From Vulcanimicrobiota bacterium (GTDB lineage: Bacteria; Vulcanimicrobiota; Vulcanimicrobiia; Vulcanimicrobiales; Vulcanimicrobiaceae): 64,000 nt of DNA. Within the stretch, counting starts at the first letter, position 1. Every line of letters begins with the position of its first letter. The notes under the pieces were generated by a model that ran no database searches, was not told where the DNA came from, and was given only the letters and a program-made list of their open reading frames with translations. This document shows, one piece after another, positions 8,964-21,224 of this stretch. The stretch lies in contig CAWCIZ010000002.1 of NCBI GenBank assembly GCA_963795855.1, positions 192,001-256,000 of the forward strand. Reading direction: 5' to 3'. A program made the position numbers and the translations under genes.

Positions 8964-9818
8964 ATGCGTGATGCTCGACCAAACTGGCCGAATGGGATCG
9001 GCCTTTTCTTGATCCACCTCGGCGCAGTCGCCGTGTTCCTGCCGTTTTTCTTTTCTTGGTGGGCCCTGCTTGCGGCGGCGATCATCGCCTACGCCACGGG
9101 CGCTTGGGGTGTCACGCTCTGCTATCATCGCACCCTCTCGCACCGTAGCGTGCGTTTGCGCAAGCCCGTTGAATACGCTACCGCGATTCTCGGCGCGCTG
9201 GCGTTCCAAGGCGATCCCATCTCGTGGGTCGCGACTCATCGCGTGCACCACGCGCACTCCGACCAGCAGGGCGATCCGCACAGCACGCGCCGCGGCTTCA
9301 GCTGGGCGCACTTCTTGTGGCTGTTAAAGGCGAATCCGAACGTCCCGCGTACGCCGGAAGAGTACCGCAAATACTGTCCCGATTTGTGGAACGAACCGTT
9401 CTATCGCGCTCTGCACGGTCTGCATTTACCGATGCAAGTTGGGTTCGCCGCATTGCTTTTTGCGATTGGCGGATGGCCATTCGTCATCTGGGGAGTCTTC
9501 GGACGTTTGGTTTTCGCCTATCACACGACGTGGCTCGTGAACAGCGCGACGCACATGTTCGGCTATCGCACGTACAAAACGACGGATCGCTCGACGAATT
9601 CCTGGTGGGTCGCGCTGCTGTCATTCGGTGAAGGCTGGCACAATAACCACCACGCGTTCCCGTATTCGGCACGGCACGGCATCGCATGGTACGAAATCGA
9701 TCTCACGTGGTGGACGATTCGCCTGCTCTGGTTGCTCAAGTTGGCAGACAAGGTCCGCGTTCCGAGCGAACAGCTGCGCAAGCGCCTTCGAATAGGGACG
9801 CCTCCTCTGTCCGCTTAG
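8964..9818 (+). CDS. Delta-9-type membrane fatty acid desaturase
   Basis: His boxes HRTLSH, HRVHH, GEGWHNNHH; GAGGGA upstream of ATG 8964. Confidence 0.92.
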   Translation: MRDARPNWPNGIGLFLIHLGAVAVFLPFFFSWWALLAAAIIAYATGAWGVTLCYHRTLSHRSVRLRKPVEYATAILGALAFQGDPISWVATHRVHHAHSDQQGDPHSTRRGFSWAHFLWLLKANPNVPRTPEEYRKYCPDLWNEPFYRALHGLHLPMQVGFAALLFAIGGWPFVIWGVFGRLVFAYHTTWLVNSATHMFGYRTYKTTDRSTNSWWVALLSFGEGWHNNHHAFPYSARHGIAWYEIDLTWWTIRLLWLLKLADKVRVPSEQLRKRLRIGTPPLSA

Positions 9819-9878
9819 CCGGCCCGAGCGCGCTGCGGCGCAGAGGCTGAACCCCCGGGATGTGGGCATAACGTCCGC

Positions 9879-12800
9879 ATGAAGAGCGCGCGGAGCAGGG
9901 GAGCAGTCATCGCGGTGCTCATCGTCGCAGCGGCGGCCTTGCTCTACGCTTTTCGTTTGCCCGTCGCGCAGTTCGGCCTGGCGAAAGGCTTGGGCGCGGC
10001 GACGGGGACGAGCGTTTCCATTGGCCGGCTGAGCATGAGCGCCGGCCATGCAACCGTCAGCGGTGTGCGCATTACGGCGCATCACGGCGAGCAACTCGCG
10101 TTCGTGCCGCGCGTCGACGTGTCGTACAATCTGCACGACTTGCTTCCCGGGAGCACGCACCGCTACGGCCTGCGCGCAATCACTATCTACCACCCGCGCA
10201 TTACCGTCGTGCACAACCCGGACGGATCGTATAATCTGCCGCACATGGCCAAAGGCGGCGCTTCAAACCGCAACGCGGCGCCGATGAACTTCACGATGCG
10301 CGTCGTGGGCGGTTCGCTCGCGGTCATCGACGACGCGCGTCTCGATCCGAAGGCCCGGCGGATCACGATCGCCGGCGTCAACGTGTCCGCCGACGTCAAT
10401 ACGGCTGCGCGCACGCACTATGTCGCAACCATGGCTTACGACGACGGCAGGGCGCGGTACCCAATCGACGGACACGGCACCATCGATGCCGCCACGGGGT
10501 TGAATTATCAGCGTTGGACCGCCGCGCACGTCCCGCTGCCGCAGCTCGTCAATTACGCGCTGAACAATGCGAATCTGCGTCTGCAAGCGGGCTTTCTGGA
10601 CAACGTGGACGCGATCTACTACGGCAAGATCGCGGCGAGCGCGTATCTGCGCGGCGGCCGCGTCACGATGCACGGCGTCGCCGCGCCGATCGAAAACGTG
10701 CACGGCCCGATCGACGTCACGAACGCCGGCTTGACGACGCCGCACATCGACGCGAGCATCGCCGGAGCTCCCGTTCGCGTAAACGGCGCGATCTACGATC
10801 TCACGCATCCGAATTTCCGTCTGGCAGTCCACGCACACGGCGACGCCGCACGGCTCAAGAATCTCACCGCGGCGGCGGCGCGGCTGCCGCTGCGCGGGCC
10901 GATCGATCTCGCGCTCCTGGTCGAAGGCTCAGTGCGCGCTCCGCTTGCTCTGATTCTCACCCACTCGCCGCAGATCGACTACCGCGCAATGCCGCTGCGC
11001 AATCCGAACGGTCTGCTCGCATTCGACGGCAAAACGGCGACGATCGTGAATTTCGGCGTGCAATACGGCGGGTTTACTCTCGGGGCCCGCGGACGCATGG
11101 CATTCGAACGGGAACCGAATGCGCTCGAAGCCGTCGCAACGCTGAACGGTCCGAGCAACGATGTGCCGTACGCATCGGCACTCTTTCCGGGCATGGGCTT
11201 GAGCGGAACGCTGCTCGCGACGGCAGATTCGCTCAAACGCATCGATACGCGCGGCGTGCTTGCCGGCAGCGGCGCCGGCGCCTCGCTTGGGAGCGCGTTC
11301 GCGGTCAGCAGCAACGGCGTGGGGAGCGTCGTGCTGCGCGAAAAACGCTCGTCCAACTCGGACGTCTACGCGAAAATCGCCCTCGACCATCCGCACAACG
11401 TCGTGAACGCACTCGTCCGCGCGCACGATTTCACCGTGCGTCCGGCGGCAAACGGTCAATTGCCGGGGCTGGCGATGAAAGCGCTGCCGTCCGTTTCGGG
11501 AACCCTTAGCGGAGACGTTTTCGCATCGCGCGAGAACAACGCGATCGGGTTGCTCGGAAGCCTCGCTCTGAGCGGGGCGCAGTACGGAAAGATTTCGATC
11601 GTGCGCGCCACCGCGCGTTTCGGCGGCACGCCCGGCAACGTACGGGTCACGACCCTCGCAGCGAACGGAAATTTCGGCAGCGTACGCGCAACGGGCAGTA
11701 TCGCCGGAACCAACCACGTCGCGCTCGAGGGGCGGTACAGCGGCTCGCTTTCGCAGATCTCGCAGATTGCGGGAAACCTTCCGGCGCAAGGCTATGTCGA
11801 CGCTCCGATCGCTCTGGTCTATGACGGCGGCCGATCCGTCGCGCAAGTTCGCGACGCGCGGTTCACGAACGCGAGCGTTCGCGGCGTCGCGCTGGAAGGC
11901 CTGAGCGCAACCATTGGGTTGCGGCGGAGCAAGGCCGTCGACGTTTACGCCGCGCGCGCCAAAATTGCGCGGAGCGGCACTGCGGTAGCCGCCGGCAGCA
12001 TCGGCAACGGTGGACGAGTCGCGTTTTCCGTTTCGGAATTCCCAGTCGCCGGCGGCTACGCGGACGCGGCAGCTACGGCAAGCGGCAATCTTCGCACCCC
12101 GGACGTGAACGGCGCGCTTCTGGTGGCGGGCGCGCATTACGCGTCGTATCCGATCAGCGGCGCATCGGCGTTCGCCTATTCCGGCGGTACGGCGAACGTC
12201 AGCAACGCCATCGTGGATGCGGGGCCGGCTCTGCTCGCCGCGGACGGCACGGTGTGGCCGCACTACGACCTCGATGCGACGGCGGGCGGTCTCGTCTCCT
12301 ACTCTCAGTTTCAAGGCAGCGTCGACGCGCGCGTACACGTGAGCGGCGCCGGCAAGACGCCGATCGTCAGCGGCACGCTGGATGCGCCCGAAGGCAACGT
12401 GCACGGCTTGGCGTTCAGCGACATGCACGCGAACATCTCCGGCAGTCCGAACGACTTGACCGTCAGCAACGGAAGCGTGGTAATCGGATCGACCGCACTG
12501 ACGTTCGATGCCGGATATGCGCCCGGCGACGTGCGCGCAGCCTTGAACGCGCCCCGTGCCGACCTTGCGGATTTCAACGATTACTTCGACACCGGCGATA
12601 CCCTCGCCGGTACCGGGCACCTGGCTTTGAGCATCGCTATGACGCCGTTCACGACGTCGAGCAGCGGCAACGTCGCCCTGCAGAACGTGCGGTTCAAGCG
12701 CTTCGACATCGGACGCACCGTCGCGAATTGGCAAAGCACCGGACGCGAAACCTCGCTCGTCGCATCCGTCGGCGGAGCGCACGGCCTCGCGCATGTTGCG

Positions 12801-14839
12801 GGCACCATAGAACCGGCGAACAAGGCGATGAATCTGAACGCGAGCGTCAGCAATCTCGATCTCGGCAACTGGCTGCCGCTTTTCGGATATACGACGCCCG
12901 TGACCGGATATGTCGACGCAAACGCCACGCTGCGCGGCAGTCTATCCGGATCTGACAATGAACGCGCGCGCGAATCTGCGCGACGGCGTCATCGGCCGCG
13001 TACAAGTGCAGCGCGCGCAATTCTCGGCAGTAGCCGCGAACGGGCGCGGCCGCATTACCCAAGCCGTCGTGCAAATTCCGTACCTTACCGCAACCGGATC
13101 CGGGACGTTCGGTTTGCATAAGACCGATTCTTTGGCAGTCGCGGTGCGAGCCCTCAGCCCCGACGTCGGCAAACTGGTGCAGACGTTCAGCGGTAAACCG
13201 AACGACATGGCGGGCGTTCTGGACACGACGCTCAACGTCAACGGCACCGCCGGAGATCCGCGGGTCGAAGACGCTCTCACGCTCACGCAACTGCGCTACG
13301 CCAAATTGACCGTTCCGCGCGTACAGGCACAGCTGGATGTGAACCGCAAGCGCATAGCGCTTTCTCAAGGCCGCATCGAGCTGCACAAAGGCACGATTAC
13401 GGCAAGCGGCGACGTGCCGATGCACGCAACGTCCGCCGCGCCCGTTTCGCTGGCGCTCGCCGCGAGCGGAGTCGATCTGAGCGATTTCAGCGCCGCGCTG
13501 CCGAAGGGCAGCCGGGTCGCCGGCGCGCTTACCGGCGCGCTGCGCGTGCGCGGCACGATGCAGTCCCCGTTGCTCGAAGGCAGTATGGCCCTGCGCAAAG
13601 GCTATTTCGTGGGGCCGATCGATCAGAATCCGATCAGCGCGATGAACGCGGACATCACCTTTTCGGGAACGCATATCGCGCTCCAAAACGTGAAAGCGAA
13701 TGTGGGCGGCGGCACGCTCGCGATGAACGCGACGGCTTCCGTCCCAACGCTGCGCGACCTGCGCGCGCTGACCTTTGACTCGACGATCGTCGCAAACAAT
13801 GCGCAAGTGAACAGCCCGCAGTACTTCCGCGGAACGTTCGACGCCGACATCCACGCGTACCGCACCGCCGGCAGCATTCCGACGATCGCCGGCAACGTCA
13901 CCGTGCCGAGTGCGCGCGTTCCGCTCACCGCCTTTTGGAATCCGCACGCCCCGAAGAAGCCGAAGTCCGCGCCGATGAACCTGGCTTTCGACTTGATCGC
14001 GCGCGCCGGACGTGACGTGCGCGTTCAAAGCCCGAACGTGGACGTCGGAGCGCAAGGCGCGGTTACCATCACCGGGACGATGGCAAAGCCGGCGCTCAAA
14101 GGCCGAATCGCGTCGACCGGCGGCACCGTCGACTTCTTCCGCAACTTCACGATTCGTCGCGCCAACGTCTCTTTCGATCCGTCCAACGGCATTTGGCCGA
14201 ACATCAACGCCGTCGCGGACACGCAGGTCACCAACCCCGACACGTACATTCAGTTGCAGGTGACCGGTTTGGCGCCAGACCAAATGCAGCTCAACCTGCA
14301 GTCCGATCCGTCATACAACAAGACGCAAATTCTCGCGCTGCTTGCGGGGCTGCAGAATTTCGGAGCGGTGCCCGGACTGGCGACGTCCGGCGGTTCAGGT
14401 ACCGGCGGCTTCACGCTCGGAGGGGCGGTACAAAACCTCGCGATGGGGCAGGCTCAACACGCTGTTCACGCGCGACCTATTCGAACCGCTCGACGTGGGC
14501 TTAGGCAGCGCGCTCGGCCTGCAGAACTTACAGATCTCGGATAGTTTTACCAGCGGATTCGGCGTGAACGCAGTCAAGGCGTTCGGGAAGCACGTGACGG
14601 CGGTTTTCTCCGAGAACCTCGGTGAGCCGCGCGAACAGTCGTTAAGCATCGAAGCGCATCACGGCGAGTCGACCGCATTCAATCTCATGCTCTACAGCGT
14701 TCAGGACCCGCCCCTCACCGGCTTCCTGTCGCAAAACACGAATCCGTTCAAGTTCGATCAACTCAATAGTAACTCGACGATGACCGCGGTCAGCGGTACC
14801 AACGGTCTCTCGCTGCTCTACGAGCATAAATTCCACTGA
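9879..14839 (+). CDS. TamB/AsmA-like translocation and assembly module protein (apparent frameshifts near 12940 and 14450)
   Basis: Three consecutive beta-rich ORF segments; C-terminal TamB-like GAVTITGTMAKPALKGRI...LQSDPSYNKTQILALL. Confidence 0.75.
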
Positions 14840-16060
14840 TGCGAATCGCTGCAGTTTTTCTGTTGTCCGTCCTGGCCGGATGCGCCGCACAAGCGGCGGC
14901 CCCCACTGCGTCCGTGGATATGAACGCGCTGATAAAAACGCATCCGTTGCACGCCACGCTCGCGCAATACGATCGGCAAATCGGCGCGCTGCGCTCGACG
15001 CTTCACCTGCAAGAGTTTTCGCAACGGCAGCAAGCCTTTACGAACGCGCAGGCGGCGGTGAGCCGGACGCTCGGCGATGCGGCCTCGCGCGCCAGGTCGA
15101 TTGGCGCGCTTCCCACGCCCGACGTGCGGCAGCTCGAGACGAACGCCGGCGCTTCGGCTCCAAGCGACAACCGCGTGCGCGCGGATATGCAGCAAACGTA
15201 CGCTGCGCAGACGGCCCAGATGCACGCCGAAGCGCAGCAAGACATGAGCCGCTACCGCTCGCAACTGTTATCCGAGCAGAACGCAGCCTTTCGCGAACTA
15301 CGTGCGCGGCGTGCAAGCCCGCGTGAACCAAGCCTACGCTTCGCGCCGGCAGACGCTGTACGAGAAGGAATCCACGCTCGCATTGGATTTGGCGAAAGCG
15401 GACGCGATGCGGCGCCTCGCGATCCGAGCCAAGCTGCAGACGCTCGCGCTGGACGGACGCACGCGCCGAGGGCTCCAAGCGCAACTCGCCGCGATCCAGG
15501 CGCGCGAGGATGCAATCGTCGCGCGCCGGCGCCAAGCCGATCGTGCGGTGCTTGCCGCATATCTCCCGCCTTTGGAAGCGCGCGCCGCGTCCGATATACG
15601 TCGAATGCGCACGAATTTGCAGAACCGCACCGCCGCCAATCTCGCCGCACGAGAGCGCGTGCTCGCAGCGCAAAACGCGCCGGCCCCGGCGTTGAATTTG
15701 GGCGCGGTTGCGCAACGCGGGAATGATGCCGGAAACATGCGCGGACGCCTGGACGCACTCTTGCATGCGCAGCCTGCCGATCCCGACGCATTCTTGGCGG
15801 CAAAAAGCGATCTTTCTGCGCAATTCGGATCGGTGGCCGGTGCGGATAACGCCGCGACGCGCAGCACATGGCGGCAAATTGCGGCACTGGAAGCGGAGCG
15901 TTCGAACCTCTACCGCGAGATCGTCTCGCAAATCATGCGCGACGCCGAATCGCTCGCGCGCGCTCGTGGACTAGGCCGCGTGTACGCAGCTCATGCGCCC
16001 GCGGGGAGCGTCGACATCACCGCAGCCGTACGGTCGGACTTTGTAGCATTGGCGAAGTGA
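14839..16060 (+). CDS. Coiled-coil lipoprotein, Skp/OmpH-like termini (apparent frameshift near 15290)
   Basis: Lipobox LAGC; ASVDMNALIKTHP at the N-terminus and LARARGL..VY...SVDITAAV at the C-terminus; TGATG coupling to the TamB-like gene. Confidence 0.6.
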
Positions 16061-16259
16061 GCGAGTCGTACAGCGGTTCACGATCCTCGCGGACGTGCTG
16101 CAGCAGTTGCGCGTGCGCTTCGCACGCGTCGACGGCGTACCTGCGATATGCGTGAGCCACTGCCGAGCAACCGCACGGCCAGCGCATGACGTTGCGATGG
16201 TTTTCTTGAGGCGAACACAGAAGCAGTCGTACTTGATACTCGGCAAAATACATAGACAT
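16017..16259 (-). CDS. Possible small Cys/His-rich protein (WPCGC...C..H)
   Basis: 80-aa ORF fills the gap divergent from the Crp gene; no clear RBS; overlaps the neighbour's 3' end. Confidence 0.35.
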   Translation of the reverse strand: MSMYFAEYQVRLLLCSPQENHRNVMRWPCGCSAVAHAYRRYAVDACEAHAQLLQHVREDREPLYDSLTSPMLQSPTVRLR

Positions 16260-16311
16260 CAGTTCAAGTATGGCGCGCCGAGCCTCGTGCGCGCCGTACA
16301 CTTTTGACGAT

Positions 16312-17001
16312 ATGCAATCGACCAATCGGCTCATAGCATCGCTCAAACCTGCCGAACGGCAACGCTGGGAGCCGTTTTTCGAACGCATGTGCATCGCTCA
16401 GCGTGAAGAACTCTTCGGCCCGGACGATCCGTTCGAACATTTGTGGTTTCCGGAAAGCGGCGTTTGCTCGCAGGTGGTAGAGAGCGCAGACGGGCGATCG
16501 GTCGAAGTCGCAGTTACCGGACGCGAGGGAACCATCGGCCTTCCGGCGATCTTCGGAGCACGCCACGCCGCCACGCGCGCCGTCGCGCAAACCGACATGA
16601 CGGCGCTGCGCATACGCGTAGAGGATCTGCTGGAGCACCTGGACGGCGATCATCCGCTGCTCAAGCATCTCGAACGGTATGCTGCGGTGACACTGAGCGT
16701 GCTCGCGCAGATCGCCGGGTGCAATCGCCTTCACGATACGAAACAGCGGCTCTCCCGGTGGTTGTTGATGGTGCGCGATCGAGCCGGCGCGGACGAGCTG
16801 CCCATGACCCACGAATTTCTCTCGCTAATGGTCGGAACGCGGAGATCCTCGGTCACGCAGGTCGCGCAGAATCTGCAGCGCGATCGCGTCATTCGCTACG
16901 AACGCGGCGTGATTACGTTTATCGACGTGTCCGCACTGGAAGCGCGCAGTCGCGAGTGCTACGTCGTCATCCGCAAACTTTACGGCTTTTTGTCAGCGTG
17001 A
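16312..17001 (+). CDS. Crp/Fnr family transcriptional regulator
   Basis: EVAVTGREG cNMP-like domain; RLSRWLL...LPMTHEFLSLMVGTRRSSVT HTH. Confidence 0.9.
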   Translation: MQSTNRLIASLKPAERQRWEPFFERMCIAQREELFGPDDPFEHLWFPESGVCSQVVESADGRSVEVAVTGREGTIGLPAIFGARHAATRAVAQTDMTALRIRVEDLLEHLDGDHPLLKHLERYAAVTLSVLAQIAGCNRLHDTKQRLSRWLLMVRDRAGADELPMTHEFLSLMVGTRRSSVTQVAQNLQRDRVIRYERGVITFIDVSALEARSRECYVVIRKLYGFLSA

Positions 17002-18417
17002 CGCGGCCGCCACCGCGGGCGCCTTTCCGGGCGTCAGCGGTGCGATCACCAAGCCGAATACGAGCGTTATGGCAAAGCACACGAGCATTGCGATCCGCAT
17101 ACCGTCGACGAACGCGCGCGCGCCCATCCCCGAGAGAGCAGTCGAGCCGCCTTGGTGGTACACGTGCGGGCCGAGCGCGTGCGCGATACCGGCCGCGAGC
17201 AGCGAGCCGAGCACCGCAATTCCGAAGACCCCGAATAGCGATCGGCTCAGTGCGATAGCGCCGGAGGCAAATCCCTCGTCTTCTAACGTGACCGCGCTCA
17301 TGCCCATCGACGCAGCAGGCGTAAACACAAGGCCCCATCCGATGCCGGCTATGAAGAGACCGGCGGAAACCTGCCATGGCGCCGAACCGGTACCGAGCAG
17401 TGCGAGCCAGGCGATTCCCGCAAGGCTGATCGCGAAACTCAACGTCACAATCGCGCGCTCGCCCAACGCCTTCTCCGCCTGACTGCTGTACTGGTTCGCG
17501 ATAAAAAATGCGACGTTGCTCGGCATGAGATAAAAGCCGGCCTCGATGGCGGTTTGATGCTGCACGTTCTGCAGAAACAGCGTGCAGAGCAGCATGATCC
17601 CGTACCATCCGAAATTAAGGATGCCGATGACGAGCAGCGAAACGTCGAATGGTTTGAGAGCGAAATATTTCAAATGCACCATCGGCTGTTTCACGCGCCG
17701 CTCGACGAAAAGAAATGCGCCGATGCCCAGCACGGACACGAGGAATGCCGTGATGATGATTGGCGACGCCCAACCGTTCGCATTGCCCTCGATGAGTGCA
17801 AAGCTGACGGCAAGGAATGAAAGCACAGCCAGAAACTGGCCGAGGCCGTCGATGCGGCGCGACGGATCGCGTTCGCTTTCAACGACGCTTGGAAACGTCG
17901 CAAGAACGACGAGCCCCATCACGACCGACAAATAAAACACGGACGGCCAGCCGAACCAGTGTACGAGGACGCCTCCGATCACCGGACCGGCCACTGCGCC
18001 CAAGCCCGCAACGGTGGAGAACATCTTTATCGCATCTTCGCTGTCGCCGGCGTTCGGCAGCATCTGCACCAGAATCGCGACCGGCAACGAGAGCAGGGCC
18101 GCGCCGCCCAAGCCTTGCAGACCGCGCGCGACGATGAGGAGCGGTGCGTTCGGCGCGAGAGCGCATCCGAGCGTTGCGAGCACGAAGAGGCAGGTCGTGA
18201 TTATCAAGACGCGCTTGCGTCCGTACAGATCGCCGAGCGTTCCGCATGCAAGCGTAAACCCGCCCTCCATCAGCGGATACATGCTGAGGATCCATTCTTG
18301 ATCCGCCAAACCGGCGTGCAGGCCGCGTTCGATGGACGGAAGCGCCATGTAGATGACGCTGATATTTACGACCGCCATAAAGCCGGCGAGGTACATGCCG
18401 AATTTTGCGATTCTCAC
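16993..18417 (-). CDS. MFS drug:H+ antiporter (DHA2/EmrB-QacA type)
   Basis: GTLGDLYGRKR motif A, ARGLQGLGGA, GPVIGGVL; about 14 hydrophobic segments. Confidence 0.9.
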   Translation of the reverse strand: MRIAKFGMYLAGFMAVVNISVIYMALPSIERGLHAGLADQEWILSMYPLMEGGFTLACGTLGDLYGRKRVLIITTCLFVLATLGCALAPNAPLLIVARGLQGLGGAALLSLPVAILVQMLPNAGDSEDAIKMFSTVAGLGAVAGPVIGGVLVHWFGWPSVFYLSVVMGLVVLATFPSVVESERDPSRRIDGLGQFLAVLSFLAVSFALIEGNANGWASPIIITAFLVSVLGIGAFLFVERRVKQPMVHLKYFALKPFDVSLLVIGILNFGWYGIMLLCTLFLQNVQHQTAIEAGFYLMPSNVAFFIANQYSSQAEKALGERAIVTLSFAISLAGIAWLALLGTGSAPWQVSAGLFIAGIGWGLVFTPAASMGMSAVTLEDEGFASGAIALSRSLFGVFGIAVLGSLLAAGIAHALGPHVYHQGGSTALSGMGARAFVDGMRIAMLVCFAITLVFGLVIAPLTPGKAPAVAAASR

Positions 18418-18503
18418 AACGCCTCACTTATCCAGTGCAACTATTCCGGCACAACTAAGAAATTCGTTGACAACATTTGCGAGCCATGGTAACGTGCGTG
18501 ACG

Positions 18504-20732
18504 ATGCGATTGCTCGCTGCGCTCGTCCTCGCCGCCGTCTCCATGTTCGCCTCCGTTCCGGCGACCCTGGCGCCGCATCCTTTACCGCTGGACCCGGCAC
18601 TTTCCGATCCGGCTTGGGCGGCGGGCGCGATACCCGTTCCGGACGGGTTTTACGATTTGACGACTCGCCGCCGCGCACCGCATGCGACGTCAGTGTGGAT
18701 GCTCTACGATGCGAAGAATCTCTACGTCGGATTTCGCGCGGAGCAAACCGGCACGCCGATCGTCGCGCAGCAGACCACCAACGACGTCGGATTCGGTTTG
18801 GATGACTTCGTCGGCGTCGGCATCGATACGAGCGGCGCCGGCACCAACGTCTACTATTTCGAAACCACGCCGCGCGGCGTGCGTTACGAACAGGCCAGCG
18901 AAACCAACCGGTACCACCCGACCTGGAGCGCGCGGGCGGCGGTACGCGACGGCTCGTGGAGCGCGGTGCTGATCATCCCTCTCCGCGTGATGCGCATTCA
19001 TGCAGGGTCGCCTCAGACGTGGCGCATCAACTTCATTCGCAACGTCGCCGCTTCGGCGGAACACTACACGTGGGCGTTCAACGGCGCAATGAGTGACGGC
19101 GCGATAGGCCAAGGCTGGCCGAATTTCGTCGACATGCGCTACTGGGCAGCGTTGGGCAACGTCCAGGTCAGCAGCGCGATGCTCACCGCCGCGAAACCGA
19201 AACCGCGCGCGGAATTTTACGCGCTCGATAGCGCAGGGCGCGATCGCAATATTTTTCAGCAGTCCAACGGCACGTTCGCTTCGCAAAACGTACGCGTAAC
19301 CGGCCTCGATCTCACCTATCCCGTTACGCCGACGATCAATTTCGTCGGCACCCTCAACCCGGATTTTTCGAACGTCGAAATCGACCAGCAAACGATCGCG
19401 CCGCAAGAGTTCCGGCGTACGCTCCAGGAATACCGCCCCTTCTTCTCGCAAGGCGCGGGATTCATCAATGCAAACGCGGTGGCCATCGGCCCGGATGTGG
19501 TCTTTTATTCGCCCGGCGTGGGGCCGTTCGATCGCGGCGAAAAAGTGGAAGGAACCTTTGGGCAGCAATCCTTCGGCCTGCTGAATTTCCGCGGATTCGA
19601 CAGCACCACGGGAAACACGTTCGACGATACCGCTTTCGGATACAAGCACGCCCTGCAGAATCGCACGTTCCTGTATTGGGTCGATGGGGTCGAGGCGCAC
19701 CATAGCATTTTCGGCGACGACATGACCAACGAGTTCGGCGTTGCGGGCCGCGATTTAAAGTCCGGTTTCGTGTGGGGCGTCGACAACGCCATGGAGCACG
19801 GATCGTGGGATCCGCTCGGAACTTCCCACAATGTAAACGGTTTCATCGACGTCCATCAGCACAACTATGAATGGAACCTCGACTACCAGGACATCTCGCC
19901 TTTCTACAACCCCATCGACGGCTACACCGCGGCGTCGGACGAACGCGGGCCCTCGCTATATGCGTGGACGGCCGGCGCGACGCCATACGTCAAAAACTAT
20001 CAACTGAACCTTTTTGCCGATCGCTTCACGGACCGCTCGGGCGCGGTTCATCAGGCGGACTTCGATCCGACTTTCAACGCGACGTTCAAAAACGGCTTCT
20101 CGATCAACGGCATCGGCCCGTCAATCGGCGAACTGCGCAGTTACGCCGTCGTGAATCCCGCTGCCGGCGGAACGACATGCAACGACCCGGCGCTTCCGCG
20201 TTCGTACTTTACCGGATACCCGACGTACTATTGCCCGCGCTCGGACACGTACAACCTGATGGCGATTCCCATTGGATACCGCGACGGCACACCGACGCCG
20301 GTCGATGCGGCGGTCGAATTCGGCCGTTTCGGTTACGGATTACTCGGGACGGCGGATAACGGCCCCGACTACGTGCACTTGTACACGATCTCGACGTCGC
20401 GGCCGCTCGGGCGCTTCCTATCGCTCGGTTTGGAATACGACGGCACGTTCGAGCGCGGCGTCGCCAGCGGGCTTTACGACTCGCAGTGGCTGCGCAGAGT
20501 TTCCATCGGCGCGCAATTGGGTCCGGATGAAAACCTGACCATTTCGCTGCGCGCGATTAGCGGAAACGGTGGTTTCGCGCTGCCCGGCACGAATTTCGCG
20601 GCGGCCTATCAGCGCCGCTTCCGCAACGGCGATCAGATATTCGTGAATTTCGGAACGCCGGCCGCGCCGTACACGCTCGATCGGTTCATCATGAAGTACG
20701 TCTTCCGCTTAGGCGGCGAAGAAGGAACGTAG
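18504..20732 (+). CDS. Secreted/outer-membrane protein with a CBM9-like N-terminal domain (DUF5916-like)
   Basis: Signal peptide; LYDAKNLYVGF, W.INF.RN, GTLNPDFSNVEID...EYRPFF motifs; beta-strand C-terminus. Confidence 0.7.
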   Translation: MRLLAALVLAAVSMFASVPATLAPHPLPLDPALSDPAWAAGAIPVPDGFYDLTTRRRAPHATSVWMLYDAKNLYVGFRAEQTGTPIVAQQTTNDVGFGLDDFVGVGIDTSGAGTNVYYFETTPRGVRYEQASETNRYHPTWSARAAVRDGSWSAVLIIPLRVMRIHAGSPQTWRINFIRNVAASAEHYTWAFNGAMSDGAIGQGWPNFVDMRYWAALGNVQVSSAMLTAAKPKPRAEFYALDSAGRDRNIFQQSNGTFASQNVRVTGLDLTYPVTPTINFVGTLNPDFSNVEIDQQTIAPQEFRRTLQEYRPFFSQGAGFINANAVAIGPDVVFYSPGVGPFDRGEKVEGTFGQQSFGLLNFRGFDSTTGNTFDDTAFGYKHALQNRTFLYWVDGVEAHHSIFGDDMTNEFGVAGRDLKSGFVWGVDNAMEHGSWDPLGTSHNVNGFIDVHQHNYEWNLDYQDISPFYNPIDGYTAASDERGPSLYAWTAGATPYVKNYQLNLFADRFTDRSGAVHQADFDPTFNATFKNGFSINGIGPSIGELRSYAVVNPAAGGTTCNDPALPRSYFTGYPTYYCPRSDTYNLMAIPIGYRDGTPTPVDAAVEFGRFGYGLLGTADNGPDYVHLYTISTSRPLGRFLSLGLEYDGTFERGVASGLYDSQWLRRVSIGAQLGPDENLTISLRAISGNGGFALPGTNFAAAYQRRFRNGDQIFVNFGTPAAPYTLDRFIMKYVFRLGGEEGT

Positions 20733-20749
20733 GCGAAACGCCGCCGCGC

Positions 20750-21224
20750 TCAGCGCGGTTCGAGCAGTCGCGGATCGAGTCCCCACGCTTCAATCGCTAC
20801 GACCTTGCATTTGGCGAAGTCGCGGTGTTGCGGGTTGACGAGCACGTTGTGCTCGCGCGGAATGACCGCGGAAGGCACGCGCAATCCCACGCCGGATGCC
20901 GAGGCCAGCCACCTATCGCCAATGCGCTGCGTGCTGGGTGCCGGCGGAAAGCTGCGCCAGTCGTTCGGGAGCGCGGTCTCATCGAATGGCGTAACGTACC
21001 GATCGTCCAGCTCCGCAACAACGAGAACCGTTTCGTGAAAGAACGCCTCGTTCGTCGCATGCACCAGATACTCGAGAGTCGCAAGCGATTCGCTCTCAGT
21101 CTGCGAACGCGATGCGGCGTCCCGGCGTGTTCCAACGGCTGCCCGCTAGATATGCGCCCTCACCGCTAAATGCGCCGCCCGGCCCTTCGACGAAGGACCG
21201 ACGCGCCAACCGGAACAAGTGCAC
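20750..21224 (-). CDS. RES-domain toxin (NAD+ phosphorylase/ART-like) with one +1 frameshift near 21100
   Basis: GTG at 21224 directly after the antitoxin TAA: MHLFRLAR...FSGEGAYLAGSRWNTPGRRIAFA, then SESLATLEYLVH...LRVPSAVIPREHNVLVNPQH. Confidence 0.85.

Noticed and set aside
9879..16060. Programmed frameshifting in the TamB-like and Skp-like genes
   Set aside because: No slippery heptamers seen; similar 1-nt indels occur in many unrelated genes, so consensus error is the simpler explanation.
21085..21105. In-frame TGA in the RES toxin as a selenocysteine codon
   Set aside because: Homology resumes in a different frame, so it is a frameshift rather than readthrough.
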